The notes below the pieces were generated by a model. It saw only the letters and a list, made by a program, of their open reading frames with translations. It ran no database searches and had not been told where the DNA came from. Source: an uncultured Candidatus Rokubacteria bacterium (GTDB lineage Bacteria > Methylomirabilota > Methylomirabilia > Rokubacteriales > CSP1-6). From it: DNA of 64,000 nt. The DNA is taken from assembly GCA_963789955.1 (NCBI GenBank), contig CAWBMV010000037.1:448001-512000 (forward strand), written 5' to 3'. The position numbers and the translations under genes are program-made. Below are positions 51,773-61,437 of the stretch, piece by piece. The number at the start of each line of letters is the position of its first letter. Position 1 is the first letter of the stretch.

Positions 51773-53566
51773 TTGGACTTCATGGATCCGCCCTTGACCC
51801 CCGGCCGCAGCATCCAGAGGCGTCTCGTCGCGGTGGCGTTTGCCGATGTCGCCGACTTCAGCAAGCTCATGGAGTCGGACGACACCCAGACCATTCTCAA
51901 GTGGAAGGCGCTGCGGGAGAACCTCCTCGAGCCGAAAATCGCCGAGCACGGTGGACACCTGCTACAGGTGATGGGCGACGGCCTCTTCATCGAGTTCGAG
52001 AGCGTGGTGTCCGCCGTCCGATGGGCGCACGACGTCCAGCGGGCCATCGCCCAGTCCGCCGACGACAGTGACCGTGAGCACCTCTCGATGCGCATCGGTA
52101 TCAACGTCGAGGACGTGATCGTCGACGGCGACAAGCGGCACGGCGACGGCGTCAACATCGCCGCCCGGATCCAGCAGCTGGCGAGCCCGGGCGAGGTCGT
52201 CATGACCGCCGCCGTACGCGACTACGTATGGAACAAGCTCGGGGTCGAGCTGACCGACCTCGGCGAGCGCCAGCTCAAGAACATAAGCCGGCCCGTGCGC
52301 GTCTATCGGCTGGAGCGGGAGAGCGACATCCGTGCTCCCCGCCGCCTCGTCCAGCCGCACTTGACCTGGAACAATCGTCCATCGATCGCCGTGATGCCGT
52401 TCAAGAATCTCGGCGGTGATCCACGCGAAGAGTATTTCGGCGAAGGCATCACCGAGGACATCATCGGCGCCCTGGCGCACAACCGGTCGCTCCTCGTCAT
52501 CGCGCGGCACTCGACCTTGCAGTACCGCGACCGGCACGCCGACGCCCGGCAGATCGCATCGGAGCTCGGCGTGCGATACGTCCTCGACGGCAGCGTTCGG
52601 CGTCAGGTGGAAAAGCTTCGGATCGCGGTCGACTTGATCGACGCCGGCCAGAACCGGACGATCTGGGCGGAACGGTACGACGGAGCTGTCGCCGAGCTGT
52701 TCGAATTCCAGGACCGCATCGCCGCGAACGTGGTCGCGACGATCGAGCCGCGCGTGTACGAGGCCGAAGCCGAGCGCGTGCGCAGCAAACCGACTGACAG
52801 CCTCGACGCCTACGATTGCGTGCTCCGCGCCTTCCCGTTGCTCTACACCTCCGACGAGCGCGCGTTCATGGCGGCCGGCACCTTCCTCGATCGCGCGATC
52901 GAGCTGGATCCTTCCTACGCGCAGGCGTGGGCGCACAAAGCCTGGTGGTACATCCTGCTCATCGGCGAATGGAGATCGAGGGCAACTGCGGACGATCTGA
53001 CCAAGGCCTTGCTCACCGCGCAGAGAGGTCTCCAGCTCGATCAGACGGACGCGTTCGTGCTCGCGGTCGCTGCCCACACGGAGGCGTTCATTGGTAGTCG
53101 GCCTGAAAGCGCTCTCGAAATGTCTGAGCGCTCGCTTCAACTCAACAAGAATTCGGCGTTCGCGTGGCTGATCAATGCCGTCATCTGCTGCTATCTCGGA
53201 CGGCCGGACGAGGCGCTAGACAGGCTGCGCAACGCGTGGCGAATGAGTCCGTTCGACCCGCTCACGTTCTTCTTCTGGGGCGTTGCCGGATTCGCGGAGT
53301 TCATCGCGGGGAGGTATGAAGAGTCCCTGGTCTGGCTGACGAAAGCGCTACGAAGCCACCCCGAGCATCTTGCCGCCCACCGGAATCTCGCGGCCTGCCT
53401 GGCTCAACTGGGCCGGCTCGAAGAGGCGAAAGTGGCCGCCGCAGACCTCCTGGCGCGCGAGCCTACCTTTCGAATCTCGGCGTTCGAGTCGAAATATCCG
53501 CTGCGCCGCCCGGACGATCGCGAACGATTGATCGCAGGGCTTCGTGCAGCCGGCTTACCCGAATAG
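51773..53566 (+). CDS. Class III adenylate/guanylate cyclase - TolB_N-like - TPR protein
   Basis: FADVADFS, MGDG, GDGVNIAARIQ; PSIAVMPFKNL..YFGEGITEDII; C-terminal TPRs ending GLRAAGL. Confidence 0.9.
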   Translation: MDFMDPPLTPGRSIQRRLVAVAFADVADFSKLMESDDTQTILKWKALRENLLEPKIAEHGGHLLQVMGDGLFIEFESVVSAVRWAHDVQRAIAQSADDSDREHLSMRIGINVEDVIVDGDKRHGDGVNIAARIQQLASPGEVVMTAAVRDYVWNKLGVELTDLGERQLKNISRPVRVYRLERESDIRAPRRLVQPHLTWNNRPSIAVMPFKNLGGDPREEYFGEGITEDIIGALAHNRSLLVIARHSTLQYRDRHADARQIASELGVRYVLDGSVRRQVEKLRIAVDLIDAGQNRTIWAERYDGAVAELFEFQDRIAANVVATIEPRVYEAEAERVRSKPTDSLDAYDCVLRAFPLLYTSDERAFMAAGTFLDRAIELDPSYAQAWAHKAWWYILLIGEWRSRATADDLTKALLTAQRGLQLDQTDAFVLAVAAHTEAFIGSRPESALEMSERSLQLNKNSAFAWLINAVICCYLGRPDEALDRLRNAWRMSPFDPLTFFFWGVAGFAEFIAGRYEESLVWLTKALRSHPEHLAAHRNLAACLAQLGRLEEAKVAAADLLAREPTFRISAFESKYPLRRPDDRERLIAGLRAAGLPE

Positions 53567-53634
53567 CTGGTGCTGTTCGGCGGGAATGTGAGTAGTCGGG
53601 TGTCTCACGCTTCGGGTGCAAGGGGGATGCGCGC

Positions 53635-54579
53635 ATGGGCTACGGCTACGGGTACGGCTACGGTTACGGGTATGGCTACGGTTACGGGTACGGCTACGGC
53701 GGCGGGCAGGGCGGCGGTGGGGCGCTCAAGAACATGCCCCTGGAGCTCGCGCCCAAGCCGTGGACGCTCGACTACACGCCGGACCTCAGCGGCAACCCGG
53801 ATCTCCCGCAAGGCCAGCTGCCTGGCGCGGGCCTCCAGTACCCGCACAACCTATGGGACCCGGCATTAGTCGCGGGGCTCGCGGCGACCGAGTTCGCGGC
53901 GCAGATTACTACCTGGGGAGCATTTAATACTGATCCGGCGGTCTTGACGCCGGCGGAACTGGGCTGGAACGGTTCCGCATCGTCTAACCAGACGTTCATC
54001 ACGAACGAGCTCAACTATTTGCTGGCCCTCATGGCCGACGACCGCGACCGCTACATGCCGGAGATCCTCGCGCAGGCCGAGGGCGCCCCGCTCTATTGGT
54101 TCCAGTTGCTGAACTTGGGCGCGGGCGAAAGGCCCGCGACGAACGCGCTGATCAACTTCGCTCAGCGCGTCGGGGAAATCGCCGCGCTCCACTTCAAGAA
54201 CATCTACGCGCGGGTACGCCCGTCGATGCTATGCGCGGGACTTCTGCTGCCCTTCGGGCCACCGCGCCATCCCGCGTTTCCGAGCGGACATTCACTCACC
54301 GGGCACCTGACCAGCTACATTCTCAAAGAAATCACCGAGGTCCAGAACAGTGTCGGCACGGAACTAGTATGGCTTGCCGACCGCGTCGCAAAGAACCGCG
54401 AGCGTGCCGGGCTTCACTACCCTTCCGATAGCGCCGCCGGGCAGAAGCTAGCACAGAAGATCGAGAGCTGGTTGGTGTCGCCGGCCGGGAACACCGCGTG
54501 CCCCATGTTCGCGGCAATACTCGATCGCGCAAAGAAGGAGGCTACGGCGGTCACCGCTACTGCAAGCCAGTGGTGGTAG
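53635..54579 (+). CDS. PAP2/vanadium haloperoxidase-superfamily enzyme with N-terminal (GY)10 tail
   Basis: Motifs KNIYARVRP (K-x6-RP), HPAFPSGH, RERAGLHYPSD; AAGGGGG RBS. Confidence 0.85.
   Translation: MGYGYGYGYGYGYGYGYGYGYGGGQGGGGALKNMPLELAPKPWTLDYTPDLSGNPDLPQGQLPGAGLQYPHNLWDPALVAGLAATEFAAQITTWGAFNTDPAVLTPAELGWNGSASSNQTFITNELNYLLALMADDRDRYMPEILAQAEGAPLYWFQLLNLGAGERPATNALINFAQRVGEIAALHFKNIYARVRPSMLCAGLLLPFGPPRHPAFPSGHSLTGHLTSYILKEITEVQNSVGTELVWLADRVAKNRERAGLHYPSDSAAGQKLAQKIESWLVSPAGNTACPMFAAILDRAKKEATAVTATASQWW
53638..53697 (+). repeat. (GGN-TAY)10 coding repeat with 18-bp higher-order periodicity
   Basis: ggc tac ggc tac ggg tac / ggc tac ggt tac ggg tat / ggc tac ggt tac ggg tac / ggc tac. 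Confidence 0.95.
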
Positions 54580-54605
54580 AGGTCGAACGGCGAGAGGTCA
54601 CCGAC

Positions 54606-57215
54606 TCAACTGATCATGACCGTGACCAAGCCGAGATTGTTATCGCAGGCGACGAGGATGTTGATCGGACTCGCGATACTGACACAGGGATGCTTGGTCG
54701 CCGGGTCGATGTTCGAGAGGTCCGCGTCGCAAGAAGCCGCGGCGAGGATCGCGTATGCCTGAGGAGCGCTGGGCGGCGTCCAGCTGAACGGACCAAAGGT
54801 CTTGGCCCCGCGCGTCGAGCCCGTTCGGCCCGGCACGGTGCCGGTCTTGCTCCCCACTGGCTGCCATTTGCTGTCGGGATAGTCGGGGATCACGCCGGCC
54901 ACGACAGGCGTGACCCAGACATCGACACGTGTATTCGTGGCCGCTACCGCACCGCGATTGTGCACCTTCACGTGGATCCTTCGCGTTGCCGACCAGACGA
55001 ACTTCGTCACCTTCAAAGAGTTGGGATTCGCGCGCCAGGCGGATCCAAATAGATCGACCGGAGAGTACGGTCCCTCCGGCTTGGGCCGCAGATCCTCGAT
55101 GTGGAGATCGACGGTGGCTACCTCATCCGCCCCGCTCACCGTCGGAGAGGGCTCCGGCATGGCGCTGAGGCCCTGCCGTTCGAATGCCCACCGGACGACC
55201 TTCTGGATCGTCCCGCCGACGTAACCACCCGGTCCGGGAGCCGTCGCCGTAGCCGTCTCGACATTCCTCATCAGCTCCGCGAACTGGCCGGGCGACGTCG
55301 ACGGCGTCACCACCGCGGGCCCAAGCGACTGGATCGTGCGCATGATCAGATACGCACAATAGTCCGCCGCCTTCTGGCGTTCCGATACGGCGGGAATGGG
55401 TTTCCCACCAGCTATCGTCTGCGAGTCCCCGCCGATCGCGCGATAGAGACGAAACAGCGACGACGAGAGGATCTGCTCGGCCCAGTAGCCGCGCTTGTCG
55501 GAGAGTCCGGGGACAACAAAATACACTTCGCGCTGGTACAGCGGGCCGGTCCAGCTCCACCCGTCCCGCGCAGCGCGGTCGTGCCGGCGCGGAATCAGCA
55601 CCCAGGGGAACGTGACGCCGCGCCATGGACCATTGTTGGCCAGCGTCGCATTCTGGTCGTTAGCGAGCTGGGAGCCGGGATCGGACAAGATCGCCGCCAG
55701 CGCGTCGCCAGCACTATGAGCGAAGCGGAATTCGAGATCTCCAACCGCCGCCGTGATCAGGACATGGCTGTACTCGTGCCAGCACCAGCGCGGGTCGCTC
55801 GCCACCCCGAGCGGTGATTTTTCAACCGCCGACGGCATGTTGGCGGGGAGCCGCCCGACAGCACTTTCGAGATCGCCGAGCGCCAAGCGGACTTCGATGG
55901 TTCCCTTGCTCGGCTTTCCGTCCGAGTCAGGTCGCAGGGTCCAGCGGACCTGCGCATTGACCGTTCGGCCGTCGCCGTACCCAGGCACGATGCCCGCGCG
56001 ATATCGCACATCGATCGGCCGTTCGACGAACTTGAAATAGTCGGCCGGCGACAGGCCGTATTGCCTCAGTCGCTGGAACAAGTCGCTCGTGTGGTAGAAG
56101 GCGTTGACGGCTGCGAACGTGTTGGTCCGGACGTGGTCGTGGACCGCCGGCGCGACTTCTTTGGTGGCGCCTTCCGCCAACGGCGGATCGACCAGACGCG
56201 AGTTGGTCACCCAGAAATCGGGATCGGGAGGCACGTGGGGGTCGGGGTCCACGAGCTGCACGTTCGGGCCGGACCCGGCCGGAAGATTGCCAAGCTGCGT
56301 GTTGACGCGCTCGGGATCGAGCACCAGCCAGGAGCGGCTCGGGCGGAGCCGCGTGAAATGCTTGGCTCCGTTTCGAGAGATGGGATCCTGGACGAACAGG
56401 TCGGCGTCGGCCGACGCGATCAACGGCCGCCGAGCCAGCGGCTCGAGACGGTCCGGGAACTTGTCGTTCGCGCGCATGACCAGCAGATACGAAGTCTCCT
56501 CGTACGGATGATCGTCATCGGCGTAGTTCGGCAGTATGGCGGTCTTCGCGAAGATGATCGGAGACTGCTTCTCGTGCTCGCTCGGCAGTCTCACACCGAC
56601 CTCGACAACCTCGACCTCCTCCGGCAGACCGAACGCCCTCGCGATGCGCTCGGCGCTGTGCTCGAGCATGGCGGCAGATATTCTCTCCACCGGTGGCTGG
56701 GGCAAGGTCGAGGCGACGGACGTGATACGGATCAGGTTTTGCGCCGCCGGCGGCCCTGTCTGAATCAGGATCCGCAGACCTTGGCCGCCGAACAAAGGGG
56801 TGGGCGCCGACATGGTCGGCGCCGCGAACCAGAGACCAGCGAGCAGTACGGCCGTCCGATCGAGTACGGTGCCGGTCCTCGGACGAGACGGAGCGTTGAG
56901 CCCGGCCTGGCGCGTGACCCAGTAGGAATGCCGCGGATCCGTGGAATCGCGTAACCAATAGAGCGCCGTCTCCGGCAGCGTGCTGATCGACGGGTTGTCG
57001 AGAAGATCAGCCAGCCATTCGGGCGGAAGCTGCAGCCGCGTGTTGGCAAGCGCCAGATACCGATTGGCGATATCGAAGAGCCCGGACCACCCCGTCCCGG
57101 CCTCGTCCCAGACTTCCTCGTACGGATAGCCGTCGTGGCGGACCAGTGAAACAGGCAGCCCGGTCGGGGGCTCGACGAACACCGCTGGGTGGTTTGGGTT
57201 CCAGGGCACCGGCAT
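54606..57215 (-). CDS. 869-aa divergent M36/M4-like HExxH zinc metallopeptidase with C-terminal beta-sandwich
   Basis: AAVNAFYH, VNA, WHEYSH, FAHSAGD, RRHDR; C-terminal VKVHNRG..DNNLG; GAGGGAGG RBS; no signal peptide seen. Confidence 0.68.
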   Translation of the reverse strand: MPVPWNPNHPAVFVEPPTGLPVSLVRHDGYPYEEVWDEAGTGWSGLFDIANRYLALANTRLQLPPEWLADLLDNPSISTLPETALYWLRDSTDPRHSYWVTRQAGLNAPSRPRTGTVLDRTAVLLAGLWFAAPTMSAPTPLFGGQGLRILIQTGPPAAQNLIRITSVASTLPQPPVERISAAMLEHSAERIARAFGLPEEVEVVEVGVRLPSEHEKQSPIIFAKTAILPNYADDDHPYEETSYLLVMRANDKFPDRLEPLARRPLIASADADLFVQDPISRNGAKHFTRLRPSRSWLVLDPERVNTQLGNLPAGSGPNVQLVDPDPHVPPDPDFWVTNSRLVDPPLAEGATKEVAPAVHDHVRTNTFAAVNAFYHTSDLFQRLRQYGLSPADYFKFVERPIDVRYRAGIVPGYGDGRTVNAQVRWTLRPDSDGKPSKGTIEVRLALGDLESAVGRLPANMPSAVEKSPLGVASDPRWCWHEYSHVLITAAVGDLEFRFAHSAGDALAAILSDPGSQLANDQNATLANNGPWRGVTFPWVLIPRRHDRAARDGWSWTGPLYQREVYFVVPGLSDKRGYWAEQILSSSLFRLYRAIGGDSQTIAGGKPIPAVSERQKAADYCAYLIMRTIQSLGPAVVTPSTSPGQFAELMRNVETATATAPGPGGYVGGTIQKVVRWAFERQGLSAMPEPSPTVSGADEVATVDLHIEDLRPKPEGPYSPVDLFGSAWRANPNSLKVTKFVWSATRRIHVKVHNRGAVAATNTRVDVWVTPVVAGVIPDYPDSKWQPVGSKTGTVPGRTGSTRGAKTFGPFSWTPPSAPQAYAILAAASCDADLSNIDPATKHPCVSIASPINILVACDNNLGLVTVMIS

Positions 57216-57439
57216 GACGGTCCTCCCTCAGGGATCGTGAAGAAGGCTCTTGCGGCAACTCGACGACATCATGTCACGGTTGGCGTTCGAACACAGCCCA
57301 GATGCAGGCGCCCGGGGCGCGCCGGGCCTCCGCGATGACCCGCATCGCGCACTACCTCCCTGCGCGCTTCCCGTGCTACGCTCCTCGCCTCCGGAGCCGA
57401 ATTCTTCTCTGACGACGAGGAATCCGTGGAGCGTGCGGC

Positions 57440-58342
57440 GTGAGCCACAGCCAGACGAGTCTCGAGGTTCGTGACGCGCGCCTGGCCGCAGTCGTCGGCC
57501 CCGACGTCACCTTCGAGAAGATCGCCAGCGGCTGCCTCTTCACCGAGGGACCGCTCTGGCATCCGCGCGGCCGCTACCTCCTCTGGAGCGACATGCCCGG
57601 TGATCACCTGCGTCGCTGGTCGGCAAGCGACGGCGTCACCACGTTCCGCAAGCCGTGCGCGAAGTCGAACGGGCTCACGTGGGACCGCCAGGGTCGCCTG
57701 CTCGCCTGCGAGCACGCCACGAGCCGCGTGACGGTGACCCTCGCTGACGGATCCACACAGCCGGTCGCCACGCACTGGAACGGCAAGGAGCTGAACAGCC
57801 CCAACGACATCGTGTGCGCCGCCGACGGCGGCGTCTACTTCAGCGATCCACCGTACGGTCGCGCCGAGTTCTTCGGCGTGCAGCGCCCTCAAGAGCTCGG
57901 CTTCCAGGGCGTCTTTCGGGCAGGCGCCGATCCGAAGTCCCCCACGCTGCTCGTCGACGACTTCGACCGCCCCAACGGACTCTGTTTCTCGCTCGACGGA
58001 CGGCGTCTCTTCGTGAACGACACGGCCCGGCAGCACATCCGCGTCTTCGACGTGAAGAGCGACGGGACCTTGGCCGGCGGCCGCGTGTGGGCCGAGACGA
58101 AGGGCGAGGGCAAGGGCGCGCCCGACGGAATGAAGCTCGACTCGCAGAGCAACGTCTACTGCTGCGGGCCGGGCGGGATCCACGTGTTCAGTCCCGACGC
58201 CGTCGACCTCGGCGTGATTCGCGTCCCGGAGTACACGGCCAACATGGCCTGGGGCGACGACGATCTCCGCTCTCTTTACATCACCGCCTCCACCTCGGTA
58301 TACCGTATCCGCGTACGGGTCCCGGGGCTGGCGGCGCTCTGA
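57440..58342 (+). CDS. SMP-30/gluconolactonase family protein
   Basis: FTEGPLW, SNGL, NSPND, FSDPPYG, PNGLCFS, PDGMKLD. Confidence 0.93.
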   Translation: MSHSQTSLEVRDARLAAVVGPDVTFEKIASGCLFTEGPLWHPRGRYLLWSDMPGDHLRRWSASDGVTTFRKPCAKSNGLTWDRQGRLLACEHATSRVTVTLADGSTQPVATHWNGKELNSPNDIVCAADGGVYFSDPPYGRAEFFGVQRPQELGFQGVFRAGADPKSPTLLVDDFDRPNGLCFSLDGRRLFVNDTARQHIRVFDVKSDGTLAGGRVWAETKGEGKGAPDGMKLDSQSNVYCCGPGGIHVFSPDAVDLGVIRVPEYTANMAWGDDDLRSLYITASTSVYRIRVRVPGLAAL

Positions 58343-58390
58343 GCGACGACTATCCCCCGGACGAAACGACTCTCGATAGGAGGCTCTCTC

Positions 58391-59574
58391 ATGCTGCACG
58401 TCCTCACCCTGCTTCTGGCCGCACTCCTGGCATTCCCCCTCGCCGCCGAGGCGCAGAAGCCGATCAAGGTCGGTATGCCCATGCCGCTCTCGGGCCCGCC
58501 CGCCCTCTTCGGCGATCCCGCGTCGAAGGGCGCCCAGATGTTCGTCGACGAGATCAACGCCAAGGGCGGCGTGCTCGGCCGCAAGATCGAGCTGCTCGTG
58601 CGCGACTCCAAGGCGGACGCCAACGAAGCGGTTCGCGTGGCGCGTGAGCTCATCCTGAAAGAGAATGTCGACTTCCTGGTCGGCACCCTGACCTCGGCCG
58701 AAGGGCCGGCGGTCTCGGTCGTCGCCAAGGAAAACAAGATCGTCTTCATCGCGCCGATCCCGAAGACCGATCAGCTCACCGCCGCCGACAAGCTGCATCC
58801 GTACGTGTTCCGCGTGGCGGCCACCACCACGATGGAAGGGCGGAGCGCCGCCGAGATCGTCGCGAAGTGGCCGGTGACGAAGATCGCGACGTCAGCTTCG
58901 ACTACGCCTACGGCCAGGACGTCACCAAGGCGTTCATCGAGCACCTGAAGAAGATCAAGCCGAGCGTCGAGATCGTCGACCAGCAGTGGCCCAAGCTCGG
59001 CGAGCAGGACTACAACCCGTTCATCAACGCGCAGATGGCCAAGAAGCCCGAGGCCATCTTCTCGTCGATCTGGGGCGGCTTCTTCGTGACCTACTCGAAG
59101 CAGGCCAAGGCGCTCGGCGTCTTCGACGCGATCAAGTACAACTTCATCGGCGTCGGCGAGGCGGCCACACCGGAGACGACGAAGTCGATGGGCGCGGACT
59201 ACCCGGTCGGCATCTGGGGCAACTCGTACGACGCGTTCTACTGGGGCGAGACGGCGGCGCACCGCGACTACACGGCGCGGCTGTCGAAGTATCTGAAGGA
59301 CGAGTATCCGTCGTCGTGGGCGGTCCAGGGCTACATCGGCATGCAGTTCCTGACCGAGGCGATCAAGAAGGCCGGGAGCACGGATTCGGACAAGGTCGCC
59401 AAGGCGCTGCTCGGGCTGACGGTCGAGACGCCGGTCGGCCCGCTGACGATCCGCGAGAAGGACCACCAGGCCAACCGCGGCCAGCTCTACGGCAAGACGG
59501 TGAAGGACCCGAAGTATCCGTTCGCCATCATGAAGCCCGTGACGTATGTCGATCCGTCGAGGTTCATGGACTAG
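58391..59574 (+). CDS. Branched-chain amino acid-type ABC substrate-binding protein (frameshift near 58890)
   Basis: Signal peptide, EINAKGGVLGRKIELLVRDSK, DYAYG, IREKDHQ. Confidence 0.9.
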
Positions 59575-59578
59575 GTAG

Positions 59579-60463
59579 GTGCCCGACGCGTCGTTTGTCT
59601 TCGCGCAGAGCCTGAGCGGCCTCACGGCCGCGATGTTCCTGTTCCTGATCGCGTCGGGCCTGTCCTTGATCTTCGGGGTGCTGCGCGTGCTCAATTTCGC
59701 GCACGGCACCTTCTACATGCTGGGCGCGTATCTCGCGTACCAGTTCATGCTGTGGCTCGGGCCGGGCCCGGGCCTCTTCTGGATCGCCGCCCTCGGCGCG
59801 GCCCTCGGGATCGCGCTGCTGGGCGGCGTCGTCGAGCGCCTGCTCTTCCGTCACCTCTACGGCAAGGAAGAGCTGTATCAGCTCCTCTTCACCTATGCGC
59901 TCGGACTGATCCTCAGCGACGCGGCGAAGATCGTCTGGGGAACGCAGCAGAAGTCGGTGAGCCGGCCGCCGGAGCTGGCCGGCTCCTTCATGCTCTTCGG
60001 CACCACGATCCCGCAGTACAACTTGTTCATCATCGTGCTCGGACCGAGCATCGCGCTGGCGTTCTGGTTCGTGTTGCAGCGCACGCGAGCGGGCCGCTTC
60101 ATCCGCGCCGCCGCCCTCGACCGCGAGACGCTCGGTGCGCTCGGCGTCAACGTCAACGCGCTGTACACAGGGGTCTTCATGCTGGCGTCGTTCCTCGGCG
60201 GCCTCGGGGGCGCGCTGATCAGTCCGATGCGCGCCACGACGCCGGGGATGGACACCGAGGTGATCGTCGAGGCATTCGTGGTCGTCGTGATCGGCGGACT
60301 CGGCTCGCTCTGGGGGACGTTCCTCGGCGCGGTCGTCTACGGGCAGGTGCTCTCGTTCGGGATCCTGTTCTTCCCGCGCTTCTCGATCTTCGCGGTCTTC
60401 GCCCTCATGGCGGCGGTGCTCATCATCCGCCCGTGGGGCCTCCTGGGACGGCCGCTCCGGTGA
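59579..60463 (+). CDS. LivH-type ABC permease
   Basis: GLSLIFGVLRVLNFAHG, VVIGGLGS. Confidence 0.93.
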   Translation: MPDASFVFAQSLSGLTAAMFLFLIASGLSLIFGVLRVLNFAHGTFYMLGAYLAYQFMLWLGPGPGLFWIAALGAALGIALLGGVVERLLFRHLYGKEELYQLLFTYALGLILSDAAKIVWGTQQKSVSRPPELAGSFMLFGTTIPQYNLFIIVLGPSIALAFWFVLQRTRAGRFIRAAALDRETLGALGVNVNALYTGVFMLASFLGGLGGALISPMRATTPGMDTEVIVEAFVVVVIGGLGSLWGTFLGAVVYGQVLSFGILFFPRFSIFAVFALMAAVLIIRPWGLLGRPLR

Positions 60464-61437
60464 ACGCGCGCGGACTCGCGGCGGACGCGGTGTTCGTGGC
60501 GGCGCTCCTGGTCCCGGCGCTCGGCTCGCGCTTCTACACGTTCCTGGCCAACGACGTGATCATCTGGGCGCTCTTCGCGACCAGCCTGAACCTGCTCGTC
60601 GGCTACACCGGGCTCGTGTCCTTCGGCCACGCCGCGTACTTCGGCGTCGGCGCGTACGTCACCGGCATCCTGATGAAGAGGCTCGCGGTGCCGTTCTTCC
60701 TGGCCTGGCCGGCGGCCGGGATCTTCGGCGCGGCGTGCGCGCTCGTCTTCGGCTTCTTCTGCGTGCGGCTCACGCGCATCTACTTCGCGATGCTCACCCT
60801 CGCGTTCGCCCAGATCGTGTGGGCGATCTGCTTCAAGTGGAACGAGCTCACCGGCGGCGAGCAGGGCATGCCGGAGATCCCCTACCCGGACTTCGGCTGG
60901 CTCGAGCGCGTGGGCGCCAGCGTGCCGCTGCTGAGCTGGCGAACGGCCGAGTACTTCTACTTCCTCACGGTGGTCCTGGTCGCGGCGAGCCTGTGGGCGC
61001 TCCATCGCGTCGTCCACTCGCCGTTCGGCCGCATGCTGACGACGATCCGCGAGAACGCGGAGCGCGCCGAGTTCATCGGCATCAACGTGCGGCGGTACGA
61101 GCTCGCCGCGTTCGTGCTGGCCGGCGCGTTCGCCGGGCTCGCCGGCGGGCTCTTCGGCATCTTCAACCGCGGCGTGTTCCCGGATTTCGCGTACTGGACG
61201 AAGTCGTCCGAGGTGCTGATCATGACCTTGCTCGGCGGCATGGGGACCTTCCTCGGCCCGAGTATCGGTGCGCTCGTCCTGATTCTCCTGAACCAGCAGA
61301 TCGTGTCGTACACCGAGTACTGGCCGCTCGTGCTCGGCACCGTCCTGGTGGTGCTCCTGTTCGGCTTCCCGGGCGGCATCGCCGGCGCCGTCGGCGCGCT
61401 CTCGGGGCGCCTCTTCCGTCGGGTGCGCCGTGCTTGA
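60460..61437 (+). CDS. LivM-type ABC permease
   Basis: GYTGLVSFGHAAYFG, YFAMLTLAF, IRENAERA. Confidence 0.92.
   Translation: MNARGLAADAVFVAALLVPALGSRFYTFLANDVIIWALFATSLNLLVGYTGLVSFGHAAYFGVGAYVTGILMKRLAVPFFLAWPAAGIFGAACALVFGFFCVRLTRIYFAMLTLAFAQIVWAICFKWNELTGGEQGMPEIPYPDFGWLERVGASVPLLSWRTAEYFYFLTVVLVAASLWALHRVVHSPFGRMLTTIRENAERAEFIGINVRRYELAAFVLAGAFAGLAGGLFGIFNRGVFPDFAYWTKSSEVLIMTLLGGMGTFLGPSIGALVLILLNQQIVSYTEYWPLVLGTVLVVLLFGFPGGIAGAVGALSGRLFRRVRRA

Noticed and set aside
53638..53697. Phase-variable microsatellite
   Set aside because: The unit is 6/18 bp (frame-preserving) with synonymous variation
53570..53869. Alternative-frame ORF with ATATGT-like repeats
   Set aside because: It is a shadow of the GY repeat; its ATG at 53627 abuts the RBS and the product has no domain
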